Shown here in pieces: positions 7,659 to 16,780 of a stretch of DNA of 64,000 bases. The position numbers and the translations under genes are program-made. The notes under the pieces were generated by a model. It saw nothing but the letters and a program-made list of their open reading frames with translations, was not told where the DNA came from and searched no databases. How positions within the stretch are numbered: the first letter of the stretch is position 1; each line of letters begins with the position of its first letter. This DNA comes from a virus, in IMG/VR virus record IMGVR_UViG_3300017917_003612, positions 14,549-78,548 of that record. One strand, given 5' to 3'.

Positions 7659-7819
7659 AATTTTTTCTTTACACAAAAGGTTTGAATTTCAGGTTGCCGT
7701 TGTTGAACAAATTCGGCCTGCTTGAGGCAGGCTGCTTGACCTACAGTCTCCAAGTAGGGATCATATAGTATTCGATTGGGACCAAGCACTGTTATAACCA
7801 CAAGGATCCAAATATCCAT
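7655..7819 (-). CDS. 54-aa two-Cys small protein, not in ORF track
   Basis: Manual translation MDIWILVVITVLG...AACLKQ...TFCVKKKL; TAATG and ATGA overlaps at its ends. Confidence 0.65.
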   Translation of the reverse strand: MDIWILVVITVLGPNRILYDPYLETVGQAACLKQAEFVQQRQPEIQTFCVKKKL

Positions 7820-8379
7820 TAGTTTTTGTAATACAAATCAACGCGACGATTCTGCGCCCAGGCAGCTTCATTGGATCCTACTGCTCGAGGTTTTTCACTG
7901 CCATACGAATAAGCTTCTACTTGATTTTGTCTGGCGCCGTAAAATATCAACAACATTCGTACTGCATTGGCTCTGCGTTGACCCAATGCCAGATTGTACT
8001 CGGCGCCACCTCGTTCGTCTGTGTGTCCTTCAACGAAAACCAATTGATCAGGATTTTTTAAAAGAAATTCTGCATGCTGTTTGATTACGGGTACAAAATT
8101 ATCTTTCACTGTGTATTCGTCGAGATCAAAATACACACTGCTATTTTCAAACAAAGTATTTGGATCTACATTGTCTATTTTCTTGCGTGTTATTTGTGCG
8201 TCAGGATTGGCCACTTGGTCTACTATCACTGTTGCAGCATCAGTGGTGTTAGACTTGGTTGTAGTTCTATTGCTTTTGTTTTCAACTGGTGGCTGATCTT
8301 TTGAGTTGGCAGTATCTTGCAAACTGGTCATAGAACAGGCCGCAAGAGATAAAACTATGGTATATGGCAAAATTTTCAT
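7819..8379 (-). CDS. pal: Peptidoglycan-associated lipoprotein Pal-like (OmpA C-terminal domain)
   Basis: Lipobox LAAC; SVYFDLD, VEGHTDERGGAEYNLALGQRRANAV, SYGSEKP, QNRRV. Confidence 0.9.
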   Translation of the reverse strand: MKILPYTIVLSLAACSMTSLQDTANSKDQPPVENKSNRTTTKSNTTDAATVIVDQVANPDAQITRKKIDNVDPNTLFENSSVYFDLDEYTVKDNFVPVIKQHAEFLLKNPDQLVFVEGHTDERGGAEYNLALGQRRANAVRMLLIFYGARQNQVEAYSYGSEKPRAVGSNEAAWAQNRRVDLYYKN

Positions 8380-8636
8380 TCTTCAACTCCAAAATGTTCT
8401 TTGATATTATCAATACACTCATCGGCACCAACAATATCAACTTGATCGCAAAGTCGGATACATTCCCGAACAATCAACTCGGCGAATTTACGACCAGTTC
8501 CGCGCCAGATATCGCTATGATACACATTAAAATTAGCCTCAGCGGCCAATTGTTCAAAAGGGTCAGTGGGGTCTTTGACCAGCACACTCCGATATGCTTG
8601 ATCAAATTCTGGAAAGTCGCTAGTGGGTTTTGTCAC
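8376..8636 (-). CDS. Hypothetical protein, LIVxEC family
   Basis: FAELIVREC...IKEHFGVE. Confidence 0.7.
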   Translation of the reverse strand: MTKPTSDFPEFDQAYRSVLVKDPTDPFEQLAAEANFNVYHSDIWRGTGRKFAELIVRECIRLCDQVDIVGADECIDNIKEHFGVEE

Positions 8637-8818
8637 TGTGAGCTATATCCTACCAAGGCAATTGAAAAGTAAAGACCAAAGAGAAAACATAGTACCGCGA
8701 CACCATACAACCGAACAGGATTAGGTCTATGTTCCGCACGATTGGTCAGTATAGCACTAGTCAGCATGCCACTCATAAAGAAATGAAATGATACAAATAT
8801 AATATAAAAGGCAGTCAT
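8633..8818 (-). CDS. Small 2-TM membrane protein
   Basis: Two hydrophobic segments; coupled overlaps. Confidence 0.6.
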   Translation of the reverse strand: MTAFYIIFVSFHFFMSGMLTSAILTNRAEHRPNPVRLYGVAVLCFLFGLYFSIALVGYSSQ

Positions 8819-9021
8819 TATCTTGAAAGAATCCTAGCAAGTTCACCGTGGAGTTCTGCTACTTCATCGTTGGGTACATAAAAGTCTGTGAGTGGATCCC
8901 AATACGAGCCTTCACGTGCATCGTAGTATAGCACACGACCTGTGGCAAAGTAAAATGGTCCTTCAAGGCCTTTACGTGGTTGCCAACGATTATTGCGTTC
9001 TCCAATTATAGCATAAGCCAT
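8818..9021 (-). CDS. Hypothetical phage protein
   Basis: GLEGPF...VLYYD...YWDP; AGGAGG SD. Confidence 0.7.
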   Translation of the reverse strand: MAYAIIGERNNRWQPRKGLEGPFYFATGRVLYYDAREGSYWDPLTDFYVPNDEVAELHGELARILSR

Positions 9022-9030
9022 AATACCCTC

Positions 9031-9243
9031 CTAAGGTTTTTCTGTGGGAATCATTTTCATAAAACTCTGCATCATGTTCTGTGCCCGTACCATACTTTCT
9101 TCTTGCGATTCTTGTCTGACGCATCCGGCTTTGATTTCTTGCCGCTGAAATTCTCTAGCGGCAGATTGACAGTCAGATAGATTGTTATAAGAACCAAAAT
9201 TTTGGGCTCCTGTAGCCGTGATGAGCAATAGTGTATAAATCAT
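9031..9243 (-). CDS. Small two-Cys protein
   Basis: MIYTLLLIT...YNNLSDC...AGCV. Confidence 0.65.
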   Translation of the reverse strand: MIYTLLLITATGAQNFGSYNNLSDCQSAAREFQRQEIKAGCVRQESQEESMVRAQNMMQSFMKMIPTEKP

Positions 9244-9473
9244 GATTCAAATCCAAAGTGTTGTTCAATTGCTAACTTGTGTACATGAGCGGGTTTGGCG
9301 TAAAAGAAACCCGCTGGTATTCTTTCTTGTTCATGTAATACTGTAACACATTCTGCGATTATCAGTCTACCTAAAATCGCATTGTACTGTTCAATCCAGG
9401 CATCTACACCCAAGCCCGCAGGCACTTGGGTCTTGGCCTGCGCGGCCAACTTTTGAATAAGGTCAGACATCAA
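9240..9473 (-). CDS. Hypothetical protein, LIVxEC family
   Basis: RLIIAEC...IEQHFGFE. Confidence 0.65.
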   Translation of the reverse strand: MMSDLIQKLAAQAKTQVPAGLGVDAWIEQYNAILGRLIIAECVTVLHEQERIPAGFFYAKPAHVHKLAIEQHFGFES

Positions 9474-9811
9474 TCCAACCTTGATCCAGCATAAGCTTCA
9501 AATCCATGCTTACGGAACACATCCGCAGCAGCCCTGGCACCAGTTTCCAGTGTATCAATATTCTGTACCGGATACCCTGCCGGGTTCCAAAGTTGGAATG
9601 TGCGGGTGTAGTCTTGACGCACACCTGCAGCTTTTAACATACGGCCCAGGCGACTATTGCCTTTGACCTTGTAAATATTGGTCCATGCAAAGCCACACGC
9701 ATATTGATCCACGCCGCCCAGCTTGACACGGAAGAATTCATCCGCAGCCGCATAGGCAGCATCACGGGCTTCACGCACAATAGCGTCAATTTGATCTTGG
9801 GTAAAGTCCAT
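9470..9811 (-). CDS. Hypothetical phage protein
   Basis: 113 aa; ACGFAW...SRLD; AGGAG SD. Confidence 0.75.
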   Translation of the reverse strand: MDFTQDQIDAIVREARDAAYAAADEFFRVKLGGVDQYACGFAWTNIYKVKGNSRLGRMLKAAGVRQDYTRTFQLWNPAGYPVQNIDTLETGARAAADVFRKHGFEAYAGSRLD

Positions 9812-10029
9812 TATATCGCTCCTGCTGCTTCTGCAGCCAATTTTTTAATTGCACGACCTGCAGCCTCACGACTGTTAGTAAATGCGTAATCATCGCTTAG
9901 ACTGTTGAAGCCGTGATATAGTTCCCATTCGCCGTTCACTAGCCATTCAACCTTGACATCGTAGGCGGTATCAAACGGTGAGCCATCGTGTACAATACGT
10001 ACCCGACCAAAATCATGTGCTACTCTCAT
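9811..10029 (-). CDS. Hypothetical protein
   Basis: 72 aa; AAGGAGG SD; coupled overlaps. Confidence 0.65.
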   Translation of the reverse strand: MRVAHDFGRVRIVHDGSPFDTAYDVKVEWLVNGEWELYHGFNSLSDDYAFTNSREAAGRAIKKLAAEAAGAI

Positions 10030-10173
10030 GCTGCCTCCTTGAGTGCTTGGCGAACATCACGATAACCTACCTGCATTTCGCAGGCGATATAATCTACAGT
10101 CTCCGGCGAACGGCCTTTTGGATCACCCAAAAGTTCGGCCAATGCTTTCACCTGTTCGTTAAAGTTTTTCATA

Positions 10174-10470
10174 TTAGGCGCTCCAAAAAGTTTCGCTTGA
10201 AGGTGAGCAGAAGTATGGAGTGTCATATCGCTCTTGAAACTCTTTACCAGTCACCAAATTCTTGCGAGTTGTATAAGTTTCGTACACATGGGCAACGAAG
10301 CCTTCAGTACGGAAGCTTTCGGCTACATTCCAAACGGTACTGTAATTACAATTCAAATCAACAACCTTGACAAAACGCAGGCCTTTCTTGTTGCGACCAA
10401 AACGCTCGTCTTTGCGTATACGCTTGTCGGCCTTGTAAACTTCAACGGTGTATGCGGTAGTTTTGCTCAT
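10174..10470 (-). CDS. Hypothetical phage protein
   Basis: C-terminal TPYFCSPSSETFWS; follows a cassette promoter. Confidence 0.75.
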   Translation of the reverse strand: MSKTTAYTVEVYKADKRIRKDERFGRNKKGLRFVKVVDLNCNYSTVWNVAESFRTEGFVAHVYETYTTRKNLVTGKEFQERYDTPYFCSPSSETFWSA

Positions 10471-10561
10471 TTGTTACGCTCCTTATTAGTTACTGTACAC
10501 ATAGTATAGCAAAATGGGCTATTATGGTCTACCAAAATAAAATGTTGCTTATTCAGCAATA
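10466..10561 (-). promoter_or_regulatory. Promoter-leader cassette; 29 nt identical to 58862-58890
   Basis: TAGACC-17-TATACT; AGTAACTAATAAGGAGCGTAACAAATGAG; palindrome at 10543-10561. Confidence 0.8.
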
Positions 10562-10833
10562 CTTAGCATACTAGCAGGCACGTTCCAGGTAGTTAAACCT
10601 TGGCGTACCTTGATGTTTTTAATTGCAATTTTAACAACATTGCCCTGGTGTGTACACCCAGTCTTGGGATGTGTAAATTTAACAACATCGCCCAGCCTGA
10701 GCGATTGTTTAGTTTCTTTTACAATTTGCCCACGACGATACTTGATTGCACTGGCAATTGACGCCAGTTGCTCATTTGTAAACGAACCAAACATAATTGC
10801 TGAATTTACATCCTGGATAGAAAGTTGCGACAT
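10549..10833 (-). CDS. Hypothetical protein with SH3/KOW-like C-terminus
   Basis: LRLGDVVKF...GNVVKIAIKNIKV...WNVPASML. Confidence 0.7.
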   Translation of the reverse strand: MSQLSIQDVNSAIMFGSFTNEQLASIASAIKYRRGQIVKETKQSLRLGDVVKFTHPKTGCTHQGNVVKIAIKNIKVRQGLTTWNVPASMLSIAE

Positions 10834-10863
10834 TGCTAACTCCTAATTAGTTACAGTAGCTAG

Positions 10864-10892
10864 AGTATAGCAAAATGGCTAAATTAGGTCAA
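10864..10892 (-). promoter_or_regulatory. Early promoter
   Basis: TTGACC-17-TATACT then GTAACTAATTAGGAG. Confidence 0.7.
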
Positions 10893-10899
10893 TGGTTGC

Positions 10900-12396
10900 T
10901 TAAATGTTAAGTTTTTTAAGTTTGTATGTTGAAATTATTTTTCGTCTAAATTGTTCAACTTTGTTACGCTCACCTTGGGTGTAAGGTGTTGCAAAACCTT
11001 TATCTAATGTTCGTCCTTCATATATATAATCATCTAATGTAAGATTGCCTGGATTGTTGCAAGGAAACTTTTTTGGAATAAACTCGTTGACCAATCTATC
11101 TACCTGTTCATAATTAAGAAAATCATTCTCCCAATTTACCAAAGTTGGTTTGTATAATTTGTTAGAACGTCTGTAACCATATTTTGTATAATCTCTACCA
11201 AAATCAGACATGGAATTGTCTAATCCGTGTGAAATGTCGTTTTGATCAGGAATGCTCAGAGAAAACCAAACATGGTGTTGATCACTCCAATTTTGCTTTA
11301 ACCATGTCAGACTTTGATTGATAGTTTGCAAAGTTTCATAAGGTAGCCCTGCAATCATTGAAATAGTTCCTCTGTATCTGCGGTTGTTTGTTTTGAGAAA
11401 ATATTCTTTTATTTCAATCAAACCTTCTTTTAATTTTTGGCTGTCTATGCCTTTGCCTATAGTTTTTGCACTTTGGTGATTAAAACTTTCAATGCCATAA
11501 TAGTGCCCTCCAAAATTCATTCTAGCTAGATGAATTCTATCTTCGGGACGATTTAATAATAAATCGGCTCGTATAAAACCGGAAAAAAAAGGTTGAAAAG
11601 ACAATTGTTCAACAACATCACCATACTTTGCTATTTTTTCAAAACTATCATTAAAAGTTTCATCCACTACATAGTAGTTTTGTATACCAAATTTGTCATA
11701 GTTGTAATTTATGCTTCGTTTAAAGTCTTCTACGTCTTGTGTGTAATCTCCTTGTACGCCCAAAACTGGATAATAACAAAATTTACATTTAAAAATACAA
11801 CCTCTACTTAGCTCAATGTGTCCCCATTCCTCAGGTAAAATAAAATCCCTATCTTCAAAATCAATTGACATTTTGGGCTGAGGAAATGATTTGTCTGTTA
11901 CATTGGCCGAAATAACCTTTTTACCAATATGTTTTAAATCAAACTGTAATTTGTGTTTTGACCCATTGCCTGTGACAAACTTTAACAAGTGAACAATAGC
12001 CGACTCGCCGTACCCGGTAATATGATAATCTATATTTTTTGAATTTACATTGGGATAAGTTCCTCCTCCCCAAATAGTAACAACGTTTGGCCACTTGGAT
12101 TTGAACCAATTTAAAAAGTGATCTATATTCAAAGGCCATGATTGAAATATACAACTGAATGCAATAAATTTAGTTTTATTACTAACTCGTTGTAGACTTA
12201 TTTCTTTTAGTTCTTCGTAAGTAAATTCTGCCGCAAAATCAACTACTTCAACATCCCAATCCAATGATCGTAAATGATTGGCAATACGATGACCGCCGGC
12301 TCGTCGTCGGTGGTATTTGTTGTCTTGATCCGGTGTGCTAGGATAAGAATTGTGTTGATAGACCTGGAATATAATTCCATGGAAAGAGTTTGACAT
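10900..12396 (-). CDS. Radical SAM protein with B12-binding-like N-terminus
   Basis: SRGCIFKCKFC (CxxxCxxC), DETFN, GIES, IAGLPYET. Confidence 0.85.
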   Translation of the reverse strand: MSNSFHGIIFQVYQHNSYPSTPDQDNKYHRRRAGGHRIANHLRSLDWDVEVVDFAAEFTYEELKEISLQRVSNKTKFIAFSCIFQSWPLNIDHFLNWFKSKWPNVVTIWGGGTYPNVNSKNIDYHITGYGESAIVHLLKFVTGNGSKHKLQFDLKHIGKKVISANVTDKSFPQPKMSIDFEDRDFILPEEWGHIELSRGCIFKCKFCYYPVLGVQGDYTQDVEDFKRSINYNYDKFGIQNYYVVDETFNDSFEKIAKYGDVVEQLSFQPFFSGFIRADLLLNRPEDRIHLARMNFGGHYYGIESFNHQSAKTIGKGIDSQKLKEGLIEIKEYFLKTNNRRYRGTISMIAGLPYETLQTINQSLTWLKQNWSDQHHVWFSLSIPDQNDISHGLDNSMSDFGRDYTKYGYRRSNKLYKPTLVNWENDFLNYEQVDRLVNEFIPKKFPCNNPGNLTLDDYIYEGRTLDKGFATPYTQGERNKVEQFRRKIISTYKLKKLNI

Positions 12397-12408
12397 TTTT
12401 TTTAGATT

Positions 12409-12774
12409 TTATACTGCAATTTTGCGCTGAGATCCGCGTCGCATCTCACCGCGCATGATTGTTGTTGCTACCAATATACCTTCACTTTTTATAAAAGGCA
12501 CAGTTACATCGGTTTCAAGATCAACCACTTGAATACTACTACCATCGGCCAAGTCTAGTAGAACATTTTTCTTTTTTAAAAGCAGCTTGGAGAAAAAATT
12601 TGCAACTTCTTGTAAACTTATAATTGGCGTATTTCTAGGATTAGAAATTTGATCAACAAAATGTGTAGTAATTTTTAAAGGTATACCTTCGGGCCGAAAT
12701 CTACTGTTTAACGCATCACTATAATGACGAGCCAATTGAGTATTGTTTTCCACAATAAAATTACCGGCTCGCAT
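12409..12774 (-). CDS. Putative virion-internal protein, possibly BECR-like RNase fold
   Basis: MRAGNFIVE N-terminus; THFVDQ...RN...VATTIMR. Confidence 0.55.
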   Translation of the reverse strand: MRAGNFIVENNTQLARHYSDALNSRFRPEGIPLKITTHFVDQISNPRNTPIISLQEVANFFSKLLLKKKNVLLDLADGSSIQVVDLETDVTVPFIKSEGILVATTIMRGEMRRGSQRKIAV

Positions 12775-12777
12775 TTC

Positions 12778-14772
12778 TTATGTTTTAATAATAAAGTAAA
12801 CTGATAGATACGGAGGCATGTTGGCATCAGTTCCTGAAGAACCGGTTGTACTAATACCTACGCTAATACCGGTGGTCGCGGTTGATGTAGCCAGTCCGGA
12901 TGTTCCTGTGCTTCTTGCGCCACTAAAATCAGCACCAGCAAATGTAGTTCCAGTTTGGTGACTGTGCCCTGGATCTGTTACAGTTGCAGTGTGCGTGTGA
13001 CTGACCACAACAGCATCTTTGCTACCACCAGTAGCACCTAATGCATATAATCCGCCAGCGCCTACTGGTAATCTGTTGGTATAATTAGGCAAATTAAATG
13101 TACTTGTGTTATCACCGACACCAAATGTAGTTCCAATTACGGCAAATAACGCAGCGTATGTGGTACGACTGACTGCGGTTCCATTACATAACAAATAACC
13201 TGTTGGCGCACTTAAAGTTGGCCACATCATCAAACTGCCAGTTGGTATACTATTGTTTTGAACAAATGCAGTGGTTGCCACTGCTGTATTAGAAGTTCCT
13301 GCTGGTAAAGTTGGTGTAACAATAGTGCCACCCACATGCAAATTACCACCAACACCTGCACCGCCTGCAATTGTCAATGCACCTGTTGTTGTAGAAGTGG
13401 CAGAGGTTGCAGCAGCAATTGAACTGTTGCCACCCAGTAACAAGTTGGCGGCTATTATTGCGTTTCCAACAATGCTAGCATTACCACCAATGTCCGCAGA
13501 GGTTCCTACACTTAAACTACCAGACAATGACGAAGATGCGGCATGAATTGTTCTAAATCGCATTCCGGTGCTACCAATATTTGAACTAATATTGGCAGTA
13601 GGAATAATGTCTGCACCAAGATAAATTTGTGCAATGTTGCTGTTGGTAGCAAAAATGTTTGCTGCTGTAACATTGCCTACCAAAAGATTTTCCGAAAATA
13701 TATTGCTCCAACGATTAGAAGTATTGCCTAATGTATAGCTTACATTGGCAATAGGAGTTATATTGCCTGAAAAATTAGCTACACCGGTTACTGATCCAGA
13801 CAATATGTCCACATAATTTTTAGTAGCCAGAGCAAGTGCAGGAGATGATGCAATTGGATTTGCATATGCTTCTGGTAACCCAGTTTGAAAATTTCCCCTC
13901 AAGAACGGAGTTTGTACACCGCCTGTTCGTAGACTCAAAACAAAATCACGGTTGTTGGTTTGATTTCGTAGCGTAACAACACCGCTGCTAACTGAACCCA
14001 CAAAATCACTGGCTGCACCAAATGTCAATCCTGAATCATTTGTCAAAGACAAGGAACCATTTAAAGTGCCCGAAACGTCATTGCGTAGGAAATTTGATCC
14101 GGCTATAGCTACGCCACTGACATATAAACTATTGGATACTTCTGAGTTTCCCCAAAAAGCCTGCCCTAAGGTACTGTTAAGATTTAGGCCTTTTCTAATG
14201 GTTGCAAAACCCGGAACGTCCGACACAAACGGACTATCTTTGCTCCATATGCCTACCAAAATATCATCTATAAAAAATTTAATAACAACAAATGTTGTAC
14301 TAGGTGGAGCATCTGTTACTGTGTCTGGAATAGCGCCCGAATTACCGGTGGCTGTTCTGCTTAAAGGCCCAATCAATCTCCATGTAGTGCCAGTATAAAT
14401 TTTTAATTGACCGTTTACTGTATCATACCACTGTTCGCCTGTGTAAGCGTTTGTAGGCGTACTAGCACTGAGAGTCATACCTGCTACAGTTTTCCAAATA
14501 GCATTGGCCGTGCCCTTAGTAGACGCGATGTTTACATTCAACAGTTTTGTAGTGCTGTTAAACCATAATTGACCAGGCAGCGGAGCAGTAGGCGCAGTAG
14601 CAAGGGCGAAATTTTCCATCAATCTGACCACATTTTGATTGATGAATAATCCGTAACCTTTATAGTTCTTGCCAACCAATGTCAGACTCGAGTTTGCACT
14701 GTCAGTGGTGTTATCTAGTAATCCACCGGTGATTAGCTCTGTTCCGTTGCTTAATGTAATATTATATGCCAT
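12778..14772 (-). CDS. Tail fibre/baseplate protein with C-terminal tail collar domain
   Basis: G/T/S/N-rich; IPTGSLMMW...PTGYLLCNG...YAALFAVIGTTFG...FNLP; ATAAATA upstream. Confidence 0.85.
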   Translation of the reverse strand: MAYNITLSNGTELITGGLLDNTTDSANSSLTLVGKNYKGYGLFINQNVVRLMENFALATAPTAPLPGQLWFNSTTKLLNVNIASTKGTANAIWKTVAGMTLSASTPTNAYTGEQWYDTVNGQLKIYTGTTWRLIGPLSRTATGNSGAIPDTVTDAPPSTTFVVIKFFIDDILVGIWSKDSPFVSDVPGFATIRKGLNLNSTLGQAFWGNSEVSNSLYVSGVAIAGSNFLRNDVSGTLNGSLSLTNDSGLTFGAASDFVGSVSSGVVTLRNQTNNRDFVLSLRTGGVQTPFLRGNFQTGLPEAYANPIASSPALALATKNYVDILSGSVTGVANFSGNITPIANVSYTLGNTSNRWSNIFSENLLVGNVTAANIFATNSNIAQIYLGADIIPTANISSNIGSTGMRFRTIHAASSSLSGSLSVGTSADIGGNASIVGNAIIAANLLLGGNSSIAAATSATSTTTGALTIAGGAGVGGNLHVGGTIVTPTLPAGTSNTAVATTAFVQNNSIPTGSLMMWPTLSAPTGYLLCNGTAVSRTTYAALFAVIGTTFGVGDNTSTFNLPNYTNRLPVGAGGLYALGATGGSKDAVVVSHTHTATVTDPGHSHQTGTTFAGADFSGARSTGTSGLATSTATTGISVGISTTGSSGTDANMPPYLSVYFIIKT

Positions 14773-14823
14773 TTTTTATTCTCACTACCCTTATTTATGC
14801 TGTTTTTACGGGTCTTGGCTATG

Positions 14824-15840
14824 TTATTTTTTGCGCCCACTTTTCATATTTGCACACCAGTGGTACATCTTACCTTTTTCGCCACCTGACCGTTTGGCTC
14901 GGGCTCTCAAACTGCTCACGCTACCTGCACAACTGGCACCAGCACGTTTTACACGACCCGGACGACTCTTTCCTTTTACTCGACCGTCAGCAAAATTTTC
15001 TGTTACAGGTTGATCTAAAAATTGTTGTACTGCTTGTAGATGATCACTGCCGGCCACATACACACCCTGCTTTCTTGTGGCTAAAAACTTGTCGCGTAGA
15101 TCATTTACAGACTTTGCTACACGGCCTGCACGATATGGATATTCTTCCCAGTTGTTGGGAAACATTAATTGCTCGCCCAATGTAAAAAACTTTTTAACAT
15201 TACGTTCTGTAGCAGGCGCTTGACTCATAGCAACAAAATCATATGGACCTTCACTGACAGATTGTAAAAACTTCGCCAAAGTTTCAGCATCGAACTGTCG
15301 GTCTGGGAAATAGTTGGTGCTAGGCTGTGTGCTTAAAATTCTATCAAAAATTGTAGAATCAGGGTCAGACCCAATCTTGCCTTCCACGGTGTCGTTTTCT
15401 TTTATATTGCTAAACAACACATACAGAAACGGGGCAGGATATCCTTTGATAGCAGGTGATAGCAAATCATCGTCCCAACTACCTTCATAATCGTCGATAA
15501 TACCTTTGGTAAGTTTTTGGTCCATACCGTTGCCTTCGTACCAGGCACCGTGACGTTCGGCAATGGCTCGTACTCGTTCAGCGTCCGAGTCTGACAGTTG
15601 TAACCGCTTGCCGTGTTGTTGACCCACAATTGCCACATCGTTGCCTATGTAGATCACATCACTGTGTTTGGCTTCTGTAACACTTTCACCCCCGCCACCA
15701 TCGCCACCGCTGCTGTCGCCAGACTCGCCACCGTAGGCACCGCTGCCATAATAACCGTAGCCAGGATACCAGTAACCGCCAAAATATCTATTTTTGCGTT
15801 TTTTCTTTTTGCGTTCGGTTACAAACTCTGCGGCTCTCAT
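14824..15840 (-). CDS. Putative capsid-targeted polyprotein with TIKI/EreA/ChaN-like domain and basic C-terminal module
   Basis: MRAAEFVTE; internal VTE linkers; VGQQHG, YEG, RD, AGSDHL. Confidence 0.6.
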   Translation of the reverse strand: MRAAEFVTERKKKKRKNRYFGGYWYPGYGYYGSGAYGGESGDSSGGDGGGGESVTEAKHSDVIYIGNDVAIVGQQHGKRLQLSDSDAERVRAIAERHGAWYEGNGMDQKLTKGIIDDYEGSWDDDLLSPAIKGYPAPFLYVLFSNIKENDTVEGKIGSDPDSTIFDRILSTQPSTNYFPDRQFDAETLAKFLQSVSEGPYDFVAMSQAPATERNVKKFFTLGEQLMFPNNWEEYPYRAGRVAKSVNDLRDKFLATRKQGVYVAGSDHLQAVQQFLDQPVTENFADGRVKGKSRPGRVKRAGASCAGSVSSLRARAKRSGGEKGKMYHWCANMKSGRKK

Positions 15841-15862
15841 TACATTCTCACTTGCATATAAA

Positions 15863-16780
15863 CTATGTTACTTCTTGCTCTTGAGGTTTTTTGAATACAC
15901 TATATATTTTTTGTATTCCAATTCCTTTTATTCCATTTGCATGTAATACATTTGCTACAAATGTTCCACAATTTTCAGCTCCTACTGAGTTAGTTGTAGG
16001 AACTGATACTGGTTTTGATAATGACACAATTTTTATGTTTTGTTTTGGAAACTCTGGGTCATCTGTAACTGCGTTGGTGACATATACATCATTGCCTTTA
16101 TGCCCACTCATTTGTATTTGTTTTCCGTCTTGAGTTATAAATCCAACATGGTCATAACTCCATCCTTTAGGTGTTTTATTACTGCGGGCAAAGAATATTT
16201 TGTCTGACAAATAGTTGCCAATTTCTTCCATTATTTTTTGTGGATTCAATTGATGCATTAGATTTCCCGCACCGGTTGGCACTGGTCCCCCGGACCCAAC
16301 AAATCCCCCCCGCACCGGTACACTTGAACTACCCCGGGCTGCTGGAGGAGAAATTTTAGCTACATCAGACGACGAAGCAAACACCACAGGTAATTTTGCT
16401 GTTTTCCATAACGGGTTATCTCTATCCATTCTTTTTTGTAATAAACCTAACGCAGAAATTCTATGAGCACCATCATCAAGTTTTCCGTCTACAGCTACAA
16501 TAGGTGGCAAAGTTTTTAATGACTCAGGATTGTCCTTTAAAAACTTTGCATATTCTACCGCTTTGGGAGTCACATTCCAACTAAAATCTTTTTTATCGTA
16601 ATCTCTAATTACATCTTTGTGATATGGTATTCCCTGTATACTTTTATGAATTTGTTTTAAAGTTAAATTTTGTTGATTTAGATTAGCATCAGGATTTAAT
16701 TGGGCAGCTTTACCAGAACTTGGCCCGGGTTGTGGTACTGATAAATCGTCAGCCTCTAGTATAAATTCGTATGCTCTCAT
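15863..16780 (-). CDS. Putative capsid-targeted protein: ParB/Srx-like plus permuted papain-like domain
   Basis: MRAYEFILE; PPIVAVDG..DGAHR; YDHVGF...NCGTFVANVL. Confidence 0.65.
   Translation of the reverse strand: MRAYEFILEADDLSVPQPGPSSGKAAQLNPDANLNQQNLTLKQIHKSIQGIPYHKDVIRDYDKKDFSWNVTPKAVEYAKFLKDNPESLKTLPPIVAVDGKLDDGAHRISALGLLQKRMDRDNPLWKTAKLPVVFASSSDVAKISPPAARGSSSVPVRGGFVGSGGPVPTGAGNLMHQLNPQKIMEEIGNYLSDKIFFARSNKTPKGWSYDHVGFITQDGKQIQMSGHKGNDVYVTNAVTDDPEFPKQNIKIVSLSKPVSVPTTNSVGAENCGTFVANVLHANGIKGIGIQKIYSVFKKPQEQEVT

Noticed and set aside
12778-14772. Diversity-generating retroelement target in the tail fibre
   Set aside because: No reverse transcriptase or template repeat in the window; the C-terminus is a collar domain
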